64,000 nt of DNA, from assembly GCA_037927135.1 (NCBI GenBank), contig JAXSPP010000007.1, positions 32,001 through 96,000 on the forward strand. The letters run 5' to 3'. Shown piece after piece: positions 19,826 through 29,413 of this stretch (within the stretch, counting starts at the first letter, position 1; the number at the start of each line of letters is the position of its first letter). Position numbers and translations under genes: made by a program. The notes below the pieces were generated by a model. That model was not told the origin of the DNA. It was given only the letters and a program-made list of their open reading frames with translations, and made no database searches. The DNA is from Candidatus Pampinifervens sinense (lineage in GTDB: Bacteria > Aquificota > Aquificia > Aquificales > Aquificaceae).

Positions 19826-20830
19826 ATGGATAGGTGGGAATCTTTTCTTTTTGAAGTGGCGGAAAAGGCCATAAACTACCAAAAGCTTACAAAGGAAGAA
19901 GCGCTAAACATACTGAGAACACCCGATGAATATGTGGCCCTTATGGTCTATCTTGCACAAAAGGTTAAGAACCACTTTCATCCACCCGATAGGATAGAGT
20001 TCTGTTCTATCATAAACGCCAAGAGTGGTGCATGTTCGGAAGATTGCAAATTCTGCGCCCAGTCTAAGTTCTATAAAACACCTATAAACGTCTATGGCCT
20101 TGTGCCAAAGGAAGAGATAGTGGAAGGTGCCTACAGGGGTGTGGAGTTTGGAGCAAACAGATACTGTGTGGTTCTGAGTGGAAAGTGTGCCACAAGGGAA
20201 GAAGTGGAAAGAATATGCGAAGGTGTAAGGGAGATAAAAAAGGAAGGACTTCCCATAAATGTGTGCGTTTCTGCCGGAACCCTTGATGAGGAGTCTTTAA
20301 GAAAGTTAAAAGAGGCCGGTGTGAGACGTGTAAACCATAACCTTGAGGCATCGGAAAATTTCTTTCCAAAGATAGTGTCCACCCACTCTTGGAGAGAAAG
20401 GTATGAGACCATAAAGAGGATAAAGGCTGTGGGCCTCTCCACCTGTTGTGGTGGCATATTCGGTATGGGAGAAAGCGATGAGGACAGGGTGGACCTTGCC
20501 CTAACTTACAGAGACCTTGAGGTAGACTCCATACCCCTTAACTTCCTTATGCCCATTGAAGGAACACCTTTGCAGAATGCACCGGGCATATCACCCATAG
20601 AGGCCCTAAAGGTCATAGCCATGTTTAGGTTTACAAACCCAAAGGCAGAGCTAAGGCTGTGTGGTGGAAGGGAGCAAAACCTCAGAGACTTTCACGGTAT
20701 GGCTGTGCTTATGGCAAATGCCATGATGGTAGGTGGATATCTCACAAGGGCAGGAAGGGATATAAAGAAGGACTACCAGCTTTTAAAGGATCTAAAGTTT
20801 GAAAGGCTTGTAAAAATAGAACCTGTCTAA
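19826..20830 (+). CDS. bioB: Biotin synthase
   Basis: NAKSGACSEDCKFCAQS radical SAM motif, NHNLE, CCGGIFGMGE, SIPLNFL, GGYLT. Confidence 0.97.
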   Translation: MDRWESFLFEVAEKAINYQKLTKEEALNILRTPDEYVALMVYLAQKVKNHFHPPDRIEFCSIINAKSGACSEDCKFCAQSKFYKTPINVYGLVPKEEIVEGAYRGVEFGANRYCVVLSGKCATREEVERICEGVREIKKEGLPINVCVSAGTLDEESLRKLKEAGVRRVNHNLEASENFFPKIVSTHSWRERYETIKRIKAVGLSTCCGGIFGMGESDEDRVDLALTYRDLEVDSIPLNFLMPIEGTPLQNAPGISPIEALKVIAMFRFTNPKAELRLCGGREQNLRDFHGMAVLMANAMMVGGYLTRAGRDIKKDYQLLKDLKFERLVKIEPV

Positions 20831-21373
20831 TTCTCCCTGTGAATTTCCTCTTTTTCTTTTTCTTTTTTTTATTTTTGTCTTCTATTTAATTAAATTAAAA
20901 ATAATAATAGGACCCCCCGAATTTCACACCCCCTTCGCAAGTGCTTGATTTTCAAGGATTTGCCGAAAAGAAATTTCACACCCCCTATGAAAGCCTTGAT
21001 TTTTCTTGATTTTATGAAATCAGAAAGTCCTTGAGTATCAAGGATTTTAGAAGAATTTCACAATTTCACACCCTCTAATTCTAAGTATGGGTCTTTCTGA
21101 AATTTTTTGATTTTATACCCTGTAAAATTTTTACGGAAAATACAACACTTAGGATGGGGGGTGTGAAATTCCTTCACAGGGTGTGAAATTCTGTCCAAAA
21201 GGTGCATATACCCTGTGAAATTCTTTGTAAAAATTTTACGGAAAAAGCCATACTTAGAAACAGGGTGTGAAATTCTGCCGGGGGTGTGAAATTCCCCTGT
21301 GAAATTCTTTGAATAAAAATTATGGAAAAGGCCATACTTAGGAATAGGGTGTGAAATTCTTTTATGATTTATG
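20831..21373. other. Large non-coding repeat island; candidate chromosomal replication origin
   Basis: Between convergent genes; AT-rich 20848-20910; 4x AATTTCACA (20920, 20972, 21054, 21062) and 7x TGTGAAATT (21162, 21182, 21214, 21266, 21285, 21298, 21350); IHF consensus at 20938-20950. Confidence 0.6.
21118..21360. repeat. Three imperfect tandem units of ~65-93 bp
   Basis: Units start at 21118, 21211, 21295: ccctgt(g/a)aaatt...a(c/t)ggaaaa...acttag...gggtgtgaaattc. Confidence 0.85.
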
Positions 21374-22900
21374 TCATAATGTGGGTGCCTTTTCGTTTAT
21401 CCTGAACTGAAGGGCCTCTGCAATATGGTGGCTTGCTATCTTTTCTTCACCTTCAAGGTCTGCTATGGTCCTTGAGACCTTCAAAACCTTCATATAGCCT
21501 CTGCCTGTAAGGTTTAGCTTCTCAAGGGCACTCCTCAAGAGGTTTTTTGCCTCCTGCGTCATCACACAATACTTTTTCACCTCTTCATTGGTCATACGTG
21601 AGTTATACTTTGTTTTGCTGTTTTTGAACCTCTCCCTTTGGATTTCCACAGCTCTAATGACCCTCTCCCTTATCTGAGCGGATGTTTCTCCCGAACTCAT
21701 ACTAAGAAGCTCCTCCTTTTCCACTGGGTTTACCCAGACCCTTAGGTCTATCCTATCCATTATGGGCCCAGATATCTTGGATTGATAGGCTTTTAGTTGC
21801 ATTGGGGTGCATGTGCAGGCCTTGTATGGGTTTCCATAGTTTCCACAAGGGCATGGGTTCATGGCCACCACAAGCAAAAACTCTGAAGGAAAGCTCACCC
21901 TTCCTCCAACCCTTGAAACGGTAACCTTTCCATCCTCTAAGGGCTGTCTTAGAGATTCTATGGCCTTTCTGCTAAACTCTGGAAACTCATCAAGGAAGAG
22001 AACACCCCTATGGGCTAAGGAAATCTCCCCCGGCTGTGGTATGGTGCCACCTCCCACAAGGGCGGACTCTGAGGCGTTGGTAAGAGGATTTCTAAAGGGC
22101 CTTTTGGTTATTATGGGAGTCTTCTCATCCAAAAGGCCTGCCACGCTGTATATGCGTGTTATTTCTATAGCCTCTTCAAAGGTCAAGGGTGGCATTATGG
22201 TTATGAGCCTTTTGGCGAGCATGCTTTTGCCAGCTCCTGGAGGGCCAATAAGCATTACAGGATGAAAACCCGCTGCCGCTATCTCCATAGCCCTCTTTGC
22301 TTGATGCTGTCCATAGACCTCGCTAAAATCCACATCAAAGCTTTCAAAGTTTGAAAAGACCTCTTGAAGGTCCACCCTTACTGGCTCTTTTTTTATATTA
22401 CCCGCTAAAAAATCCACTACCTCTTTTAAAGATTCAAAGCCATAAACCTCCACACCTTCCACAATGCCAGCTTCCTTTGCGTTCCTCATAGGCACTATAA
22501 AACGCCTATAGCCCAGCTCTTTCAAGGATAAAACCACCGGCAAAACGCCCTTCACAGGGTTTATCTTCCCATCAAGGGAGAGCTCGCCCATGACCACATA
22601 ATCCTCTGGGAAGTCCAAGCCTGTGGAAAGCCTTATGATGCCAAGGGCTATGGGAAGGTCGTAGAAGGTGCCTTGCTTTTTAAGATGTGAGGGAGAGAGG
22701 TTTACCGTTATCCTTTTTACTGGAAGCTGAAAGCCTGTGTTCTTTAGGGCTGACCTTACCCTGTCCTTTGCTTCGTTTATGGCCTTGTCTGGAAGGCCCA
22801 CGATGGAAAACTGAGGAAGCCCGTTGGATATGTCCACCTCCACATCCACCTCAAACCCCTCTATCCCCAAAACCCCACCGCTTTTTATCCTACAGAACAT
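21374..22900 (-). CDS. comM: YifB/ComM family Mg-chelatase-like AAA+ ATPase
   Basis: GLP.F.IVGLPD, ITVNLSP, GPPGAGKSMLA, PGEISLAHRGVLFLDEFPEF, NPCPCG. Confidence 0.92.
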   Translation of the reverse strand: MFCRIKSGGVLGIEGFEVDVEVDISNGLPQFSIVGLPDKAINEAKDRVRSALKNTGFQLPVKRITVNLSPSHLKKQGTFYDLPIALGIIRLSTGLDFPEDYVVMGELSLDGKINPVKGVLPVVLSLKELGYRRFIVPMRNAKEAGIVEGVEVYGFESLKEVVDFLAGNIKKEPVRVDLQEVFSNFESFDVDFSEVYGQHQAKRAMEIAAAGFHPVMLIGPPGAGKSMLAKRLITIMPPLTFEEAIEITRIYSVAGLLDEKTPIITKRPFRNPLTNASESALVGGGTIPQPGEISLAHRGVLFLDEFPEFSRKAIESLRQPLEDGKVTVSRVGGRVSFPSEFLLVVAMNPCPCGNYGNPYKACTCTPMQLKAYQSKISGPIMDRIDLRVWVNPVEKEELLSMSSGETSAQIRERVIRAVEIQRERFKNSKTKYNSRMTNEEVKKYCVMTQEAKNLLRSALEKLNLTGRGYMKVLKVSRTIADLEGEEKIASHHIAEALQFRINEKAPTL

Positions 22901-22912
22901 AGGAAAATTATA

Positions 22913-23986
22913 TCAATCAAAAACCCTTACAATCCTATAATAGGTATCCCTCTGGGCTGGCACAAAGCCCGCAGACCTTATGGCCTCCACCATATCCTCC
23001 ACCTTTGGAATGCTTACCTTGTAAGAAGTGGAAGATATCACATTCTCCTCAATCATCACGCTTCCAAGATCGTTGGCCCCAAAGTGAAGGCCTATGATGC
23101 CTATCTGCATGGTTTGGGTCACATGGGAGCTTTGAATGTTTTTGAAGTTATCAAGATATATCCTTGATATGGCAAGAACTTTTAAGTAGTAGTTGGAAGA
23201 GGCCTCTTCCAAGTTGTCAAGCTGGGTGTTGCCCTTTTTGAAGGTCCAAGGTATGAAGGCTGTAAAGCCTCCCGTCTGGTCCTGTATCCTCCTTACCCTT
23301 TCTAAGTGTTCTACTATATGCCAAGGCTTTTCCACATGACCAAACATCATGGTGGCTGTAGAGGTCATGCCAAGCTCATGGGCCGTCCTGTGGACCATCT
23401 CCCACTCTTCAACGGTGCATTTACCGGGGCTCAAAAAGCTTCGGACCTCTTGAGAAAGTATCTCTGCACCACCGCCGGGAAGGGAATCAAGACCAGCCTC
23501 TTTTAACCTTTTTAACACTTCCCTTATACTCAGCCTCTCTATCTTTGCAAGATAGACTATCTCCGGTGCAGAAAAGGAGTGTATTTGAACCTGTGGAAAT
23601 CTTTCCTTTATGGAGCTTATAAGGTCCTCATAGTAGCTAAGTGGTAGGTCTGGGTTTAGGCCACCTTGCATAAGAAGGGTTGTCCCACCCCATTCTATAA
23701 GTTCTTCAACCTTTTTGAGCACCTCCTCTTTTGAGAGCACGTAGCCCTCTGGAGAGCCTACCTTCCTTTGGAAGGCGCAGAACTTGCACCCTGCCACGCA
23801 TACATTGGTGTAGTTTACATTCCTATCTATGACAAAGGTGGCTATGTTTTCTGGGTGGTGCCTTTTTCTTACCTCGTTGGCAAGGTAGCCCAAAACTGTT
23901 ATATCTTCCTCAAAAAGGCTTAAAGCCTCTTCTGGGCTTAGCCTCTCTCCTTCCAAAACCTTTTCATAGACCTCTGTCTGCACCAT
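22913..23986 (-). CDS. mqnC: Cyclic dehypoxanthine futalosine synthase (radical SAM)
   Basis: DRNVNYTNVC..GC.FCAF, LMQGG.NP, SLPGGGAEIL, TATMMFGHVE, GANDLGSVMIEENV. Confidence 0.88.
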   Translation of the reverse strand: MVQTEVYEKVLEGERLSPEEALSLFEEDITVLGYLANEVRKRHHPENIATFVIDRNVNYTNVCVAGCKFCAFQRKVGSPEGYVLSKEEVLKKVEELIEWGGTTLLMQGGLNPDLPLSYYEDLISSIKERFPQVQIHSFSAPEIVYLAKIERLSIREVLKRLKEAGLDSLPGGGAEILSQEVRSFLSPGKCTVEEWEMVHRTAHELGMTSTATMMFGHVEKPWHIVEHLERVRRIQDQTGGFTAFIPWTFKKGNTQLDNLEEASSNYYLKVLAISRIYLDNFKNIQSSHVTQTMQIGIIGLHFGANDLGSVMIEENVISSTSYKVSIPKVEDMVEAIRSAGFVPAQRDTYYRIVRVFD

Positions 23987-24002
23987 GCTTAGAAAATTTA
24001 TC

Positions 24003-25220
24003 TCAGGCTCCAAACTTAGCAAGCCTAAGAGAATGGGCAAGCATGAGGTTTATCAGCTTTTTGGCTGGAAAGATGCCAAGCTCACCCTTCAAACACTCCC
24101 TTTCTGTAAACCTTTCAGATGTTCCACCAAGCACATAGGGAGAGTGCAAAAGCACGGGCACAGGATGCCAAGAGTGTCCCTTTAAAACAGAGGGTGTAGA
24201 GTGGTCCCCCGTTATCACAAGCACATCAGGCCTCAGGTCCAATATCTGTGGAAGGTTCTTATCAAACTCCTCTATAACCTTTATCTTACCTTCGTAGTTT
24301 CCATCCTCTCCGTAAGAATCTGTCTTCTTTATGTGAAGGAAGAAAAAGTCATAGTCCTTCCACACCTCTTTTAGAGCCTTTATCTCATCCTCTATGCTTT
24401 GTCCTTCAAAGCTGATTAGGTCCATGCCTACAAGGCTTGCAAGGCCTTTATACATAGGGTATACCGCTATGGCGCAGGCTTTTAGACCAAATCTCTCCTC
24501 AAAGCTTTCCATCTTTGGCTTTTGAGAAAAGCCCCTAAGGAGCATGTAGTTGGCTTTATCTTCATCCTTCAGCACCTCTTCAACCCTCTCTAAAAGCCTT
24601 CTTACCACCTTTGCCACCCTTTCGGAAGCCTCCGTCTCACCCCTTGGCTCTATAGGTTCCAGCCCTTCCTTCTGCGGGTCCGTATCCCTTATCCTGTCGC
24701 TACCTTCTGGAAGTTCCTCTGGAAATCTAAGGAGTATGGCAACCCTGTGCTCCATACCCGGCGCAAAAAAGACCTTAACCCCGTCTATCTCCTTTATCTT
24801 TTCGGATAGCCTTGATGTTATCCTTCTGTTTTCTTCTGTGGGTATCCTTCCGGCCCTTCTGTCCTTTACTACAAGCCTTCCGTTTAGTCTTTCTACTGTG
24901 GCATAGTTGGCCCTTATGGCTATATCGGTGGACTTCACTTCTAGCCCAAGGCCCAGAGCCTCAAGTATGCCCCTTCCTATTTGGTACTTCAAAGGGTCAT
25001 AGCCAAAGAGGGCAAGATGCCCCGGCCCACTGCCGGGAGTTATGCCATAATCTACAGGGATATGGAGGCCAAGGGCAGACCTTTTTGCCAAGCTATCAAG
25101 GTTTGGCGTGCTTGCAAGCTCAAGCTCCGTTTTTCCATCCTTTACAGGAAGACCACCTATGCCATCAAGCACAATAAGTAAAAGCTTTGTATTGTTCTTT
25201 TGAACCAGGGCCTCAAGCAT
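24003..25220 (-). CDS. apgM: 2,3-bisphosphoglycerate-independent phosphoglycerate mutase (archaeal-type)
   Basis: [54 protein letters not shown]. Confidence 0.92.
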   Translation of the reverse strand: MLEALVQKNNTKLLLIVLDGIGGLPVKDGKTELELASTPNLDSLAKRSALGLHIPVDYGITPGSGPGHLALFGYDPLKYQIGRGILEALGLGLEVKSTDIAIRANYATVERLNGRLVVKDRRAGRIPTEENRRITSRLSEKIKEIDGVKVFFAPGMEHRVAILLRFPEELPEGSDRIRDTDPQKEGLEPIEPRGETEASERVAKVVRRLLERVEEVLKDEDKANYMLLRGFSQKPKMESFEERFGLKACAIAVYPMYKGLASLVGMDLISFEGQSIEDEIKALKEVWKDYDFFFLHIKKTDSYGEDGNYEGKIKVIEEFDKNLPQILDLRPDVLVITGDHSTPSVLKGHSWHPVPVLLHSPYVLGGTSERFTERECLKGELGIFPAKKLINLMLAHSLRLAKFGA

Positions 25221-25238
25221 AAAAGTTATTTTAGCACC

Positions 25239-26648
25239 TTATGGCCCTATCTGCCTTAAGAAAGGTGGTATTTCCTCCGTCTTTAGCCATCCACACTCTT
25301 CCAAAGCCCTCTCTACGGACTCTCTTGACAGCCTTGTCCTCTCCATCAAAAGCTTTACAAACTCTTCCCTCCTACCTTTAAAGCCCTCTATCTCTTCATA
25401 GCTCACCTCTGGGAATCTGGATACTATCCTATCCTTTACTATGTTCCAAGCTGCAAGGTTGGAGTATAGGTTAAACTCCTTATTTCTGACTGTTTCTTTC
25501 ACCGTTAAAGATTTGAGGAATTCAATCCTCTCTGGCCTTATGGTTAAAATGGCCTCTGCCATAAGCGGGTCCACCGTATAGAAAATGCCAAAGAGCTTTC
25601 CAAGTATCCTCCTTTGAGTTCTTATCATCTGGTCCAGTATGTCCTGCACCTCTGGTTCCACCTTATCGTATATGAGCTCAAAGTAGTTTAGCTCTTCTAG
25701 TTCTAGGCCTCCTAGGTACCTTATAAAGTTGGCAAGCTCATGATAGCTTACAGATTCTCCTTTTATCTCTTCCTTTACCACTTCCTTTTTAGCTTCTCCG
25801 TAGTCAAGGACCACATCTGTGTGTATGGGTGGTATTATGTGGTAGGTTTCCGACTCCCATCCAGCCTTTCTAAGGATCTGCTCTGCCGCATCCATAGTGA
25901 TGTTATACTTCTGCATAAGAAGCCTCTTTAGACCTTCCCTGTCCTTTTTGTATTTGTCCAATTCTTCGTCCGGTATATCCACTTCCACATATACAAGCTT
26001 TTCTTTTCCATCCTCCACAAGGATGACATTCTTTCTACCCTTTATATGCCTCTTTATAAAGCTCCAATCCTCATCGGTCATTATAGGCTCTGGATGCCAC
26101 TCTTTGGACATTTCCTCTTCAAGCTCAAGGTATGGCACGCTCTCATACCACGTGGCTTTGTTTAGCTTAGACTCTATCACCTCTTCACTTTCTCCAAGCC
26201 TGTCTTTTACATACTCTATAAACTCTCTTCTTTTGAACTTAAACTTCTCTATCTCATCTAAGCTAAGCTCTGGAAAGAGGACCTTCAGCTTATACTTTAT
26301 AAAATCCCAGTTTCCAAAGAGGTTTTGTGGCTCAAGGGCTTCATAGCCATAGGGGTTTGTCCTCAAAAACTCAAAGTAATAGCCTATGAACTTCCTCACC
26401 CTTGGGTCTGTCAGCGCCAAGGTTTTTATAAAATCTGGGTCATAGAACTCTATTATGCTAAGTAGCCTTGCTATGTTTACCTTTTTAATGTTGTGAAGAT
26501 GGCAGAGCTCTACAGCATACTTTTTGGGTATATTATCTACACCGCAGTATTCGTTGAGCACGTCCATCTCCGACTTTAAAAGGCTTCTAAAGAAGGAAAG
26601 CTTTTCCCTTTTGGATAGGTTTTCTTTCATAAGGAGCACGCCCAACAT
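25239..26648 (-). CDS. Hypothetical mosaic protein: two ferritin-like (EncFtn/Flp-like) units and three CsbD/YjbJ-like repeats
   Basis: Internal repeats seen by eye (W..IK......E.S..EIE.FK..R.....L...GW; E...LN.Y/F.....L......DP); GGAGGTG SD before ATG 26648. Confidence 0.7.
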   Translation of the reverse strand: MLGVLLMKENLSKREKLSFFRSLLKSEMDVLNEYCGVDNIPKKYAVELCHLHNIKKVNIARLLSIIEFYDPDFIKTLALTDPRVRKFIGYYFEFLRTNPYGYEALEPQNLFGNWDFIKYKLKVLFPELSLDEIEKFKFKRREFIEYVKDRLGESEEVIESKLNKATWYESVPYLELEEEMSKEWHPEPIMTDEDWSFIKRHIKGRKNVILVEDGKEKLVYVEVDIPDEELDKYKKDREGLKRLLMQKYNITMDAAEQILRKAGWESETYHIIPPIHTDVVLDYGEAKKEVVKEEIKGESVSYHELANFIRYLGGLELEELNYFELIYDKVEPEVQDILDQMIRTQRRILGKLFGIFYTVDPLMAEAILTIRPERIEFLKSLTVKETVRNKEFNLYSNLAAWNIVKDRIVSRFPEVSYEEIEGFKGRREEFVKLLMERTRLSRESVERALEECGWLKTEEIPPFLRQIGP

Positions 26649-26735
26649 CCTTCTCACCTCCCTTACCTTTTAAGTTATGATCTTAAGTTTTCAAGACAAT
26701 AAAAGTTTCTTATGAGGCTATAATAACTTAGTGTT

Positions 26736-27428
26736 ATGGAATGTGTAGCTTCCTTTGATATTGAAACCTTCTGCCCCATTGAAAGACTCTCCCAAGAGGA
26801 CCTTCTTTACCTTATAGGTAGGAAAGAACATGCATCAAAAGAAAAGCTATACAGAGAGCTCTCTACAAACCCCTATGTCTCTTACCTTATCTCCTTCTCC
26901 TTATTCTTTATAGACTCAAACAGGGCGGAGGTTTACTACATCTCTGATAAAGAGGAAAGGAAAAAGGAAGAATACAGTATAAAGGACAGGATCATAAAGG
27001 TGGAATATTGCTCAGTGGTTTACCATCCGGAGATTTCCTTTGCAGAAAGGAAGATCCTTGAGATGTTTTGGGATAGACTTGGTGAAGTGCAAAGACTTAT
27101 AACCTTTTACGGCGAAGATTTTGATATGGAGTTTATAAAGGTAAGAACCATAATACATAACCTAAAACCTCAAACCTTTCTCCTCTATCTACAATCTAAA
27201 CATCCACAAGTTTTGGATATATCAAAGTTTTTCAAAGTTGGGAAAAACCATTATTCTCTCAGTTTTATATCTACAAAGCTTAACATTCCCATAGATAAAG
27301 GTGAGATGGAAGGTTCAAAGGTGAGGGAAGCCTTTCTCAAGGGTAGATACAGGGATATAGCTGAATACAATCTTAGGGATGCTCTAATAACCGGCATGCT
27401 GTACGAAAGGATAAAGGAATACATTTAA
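26736..27428 (+). CDS. Stand-alone DEDDy 3'-5' exonuclease-like protein (PolB-exo/RNase H-like fold)
   Basis: ExoI FDIET, ExoII FYG..FD, ExoIII YN.RD. Confidence 0.75.
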   Translation: MECVASFDIETFCPIERLSQEDLLYLIGRKEHASKEKLYRELSTNPYVSYLISFSLFFIDSNRAEVYYISDKEERKKEEYSIKDRIIKVEYCSVVYHPEISFAERKILEMFWDRLGEVQRLITFYGEDFDMEFIKVRTIIHNLKPQTFLLYLQSKHPQVLDISKFFKVGKNHYSLSFISTKLNIPIDKGEMEGSKVREAFLKGRYRDIAEYNLRDALITGMLYERIKEYI

Positions 27429-27480
27429 AGCTTGTTTGGAAGGTTTAAAAGGCTTATATTTAAAGTTAAGGAGGTTTTGT

Positions 27481-28617
27481 ATGTCTTTGAAGCCTTTAAA
27501 GCTTAGAAACAAGGTTGTGCCCATACCTATAATACAAGGTGGGATGGGGGTAGGCATATCTTGGGAAAGGTTGGCGGGAGCTGTAGCAAAGGAAGGTGCA
27601 GTAGGCGTGGTTTCCGCCGTTGGAACTGGCTATAGATACCCTGAGCTTGTCAAAAGGGATAAGTTTGGAAGACCTATAGGTTCCATATACACCCATAATA
27701 AGGAGGCCTTAACGAGGATAATAAAGGAGGCAAAAAGGATATCAGAAGGCAATGGTGCCATAGCTGTAAATATACTCTGCGCCATAACAGATTATGGCAG
27801 GGTGGCTGTGGATGCGGTAGAAGCTGGAGCGGATGCCATAATATCCGGTGCAGGCCTTCCGTTAAAACTTCCAGAATACGTAGGAGATGCGGATGTGGCT
27901 TTAATTCCCATAGTGTCTTCAGCAAGGGCCTTAAACCTTATATGCAGAACATGGGAAAAAAGATATAAAAGGCTTCCAGATGCAGTGGTATTAGAAGGTC
28001 CAAAGTCTGGAGGCCATCAAGGCTTTAAATATGAGGAGTGTTTTATGCCCGAATACCAGCTTGAAAACCTTTTTCCTTCCGTTCTTGAGGAGGCAAAAAA
28101 GTGGGGTGATATACCTGTTATAGTGGCTGGCGGCATTTGGAGCTATAGGGATATAGTCTATTACATGGAAAGGGGGGCAAGCGGTGTTCAGATAGCCACC
28201 CGTTTTATAGCCACCTTTGAGTGTGATGCGCCACCCATATATAAAGAAGTGCTTCTTAGCGCAGAAGAGGAGGACATCATACTTTTCAAGTCTCCAGTGG
28301 GCTATCCATTGAGGGTTGTAAAAACTCCCTTTATTGAAAGATTGCTTGCAGGCTACAACGGATGGAACGGGTGCGTTTCTCACTGCATAACTCCATGCAA
28401 CAAAGGAGAGGAAGCAAAAAAGGTAGGCTTTTGTATAGCCGATAGGCTGGGTGCGGCCTGGTTGGGCAACTACGAAGAAGGTATATTTATAAGCGGAGCA
28501 AACGGACATCTTTTGAAGAAACAGGGTATAATAAGCGTAAAGGAGTTGATTGAGATATTAACAGGCAAAAGACCTGATCCTACATTAGAGGAGAGCAAGG
28601 AGGGGTGCCATGTTTAG
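27481..28617 (+). CDS. Nitronate monooxygenase / FabK-like FMN oxidoreductase
   Basis: [48 protein letters not shown] before 27481. Confidence 0.88.
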   Translation: MSLKPLKLRNKVVPIPIIQGGMGVGISWERLAGAVAKEGAVGVVSAVGTGYRYPELVKRDKFGRPIGSIYTHNKEALTRIIKEAKRISEGNGAIAVNILCAITDYGRVAVDAVEAGADAIISGAGLPLKLPEYVGDADVALIPIVSSARALNLICRTWEKRYKRLPDAVVLEGPKSGGHQGFKYEECFMPEYQLENLFPSVLEEAKKWGDIPVIVAGGIWSYRDIVYYMERGASGVQIATRFIATFECDAPPIYKEVLLSAEEEDIILFKSPVGYPLRVVKTPFIERLLAGYNGWNGCVSHCITPCNKGEEAKKVGFCIADRLGAAWLGNYEEGIFISGANGHLLKKQGIISVKELIEILTGKRPDPTLEESKEGCHV

Positions 28618-29398
28618 AGCCTTATGGACATCGGCCTCAGGTATGATAGCTCAGCAAACAAACCTTGATGTGATATCCCACAACATGGCCAATGTAAACA
28701 CGGTAGGCTACAAAAAGATGAGACCAACATTCCAAGACCTTATCTATCAAACGATCAGAGACCCAGGGGCTCCAACCTCTCCCGCTACCCGTAATCCTTC
28801 CGGATTCCAAATAGGCTTAGGAACCTATGTATCGGACACCTACGGTATATTTACCCAAGGTAACATAATTCAAACGGGGAACACCCTTGACATAGCTATT
28901 CAAGGTGATGGCTTCTTCAAGGTGGTTATGCCCGACGGTACCATAGCCTACACTAGGAATGGTCAATTTAGGCTTGACGCGGATGGAAGGATAGTTAACC
29001 CCGATGGCTATCCTTTAGACCCGGAGATAACCATACCACCGGATGCCATAAGTATAGGCATAGGGCCGGACGGCACCGTAACCGTTCTCAGACAGGGTGC
29101 CACAACGGTGGAAGAGGTTGGAAGGATAGAGCTTGCAAAGTTTGTAAACCCGGCTGGCCTTCGCAGGATTGGCAACAACCTATTTATACAAACGGATGCC
29201 TCTGGAGAACCCATCGTGGACAATCCAGGAAACCAAGGCCTAGGAACACTGCTACAAGGCTATTTGGAATCATCCAACGTGAACATAGTGGAAGAAATGG
29301 TAAACCTTATAATAGCACAAAGGGCCTTTGAGTTTAACACTAAGGGTATAGTTGCGGCTGATGAAATGCTTGGCCAAACGGCCAATCTAAGAAGATAG
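28610..29398 (+). CDS. flgG: Flagellar basal-body rod protein FlgG
   Basis: SGM.AQQ...[36 protein letters not shown]. Confidence 0.95.
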   Translation: MFRALWTSASGMIAQQTNLDVISHNMANVNTVGYKKMRPTFQDLIYQTIRDPGAPTSPATRNPSGFQIGLGTYVSDTYGIFTQGNIIQTGNTLDIAIQGDGFFKVVMPDGTIAYTRNGQFRLDADGRIVNPDGYPLDPEITIPPDAISIGIGPDGTVTVLRQGATTVEEVGRIELAKFVNPAGLRRIGNNLFIQTDASGEPIVDNPGNQGLGTLLQGYLESSNVNIVEEMVNLIIAQRAFEFNTKGIVAADEMLGQTANLRR

Positions 29399-29413
29399 TG
29401 TATAATTAAAGGC

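Noticed and set aside
21162-21178. TGTGAAATTCCTTCACA as a CRP or Rex operator
   Set aside because: Spacing is one base too long for either consensus, and the site lies between convergent gene ends with no promoter to control.
20919-21360. CRISPR array interpretation of the repeat island
   Set aside because: Repeats are only 9-14 bp, occur in both orientations with irregular spacing, the intervening sequences are themselves repeated, and no cas genes are present.
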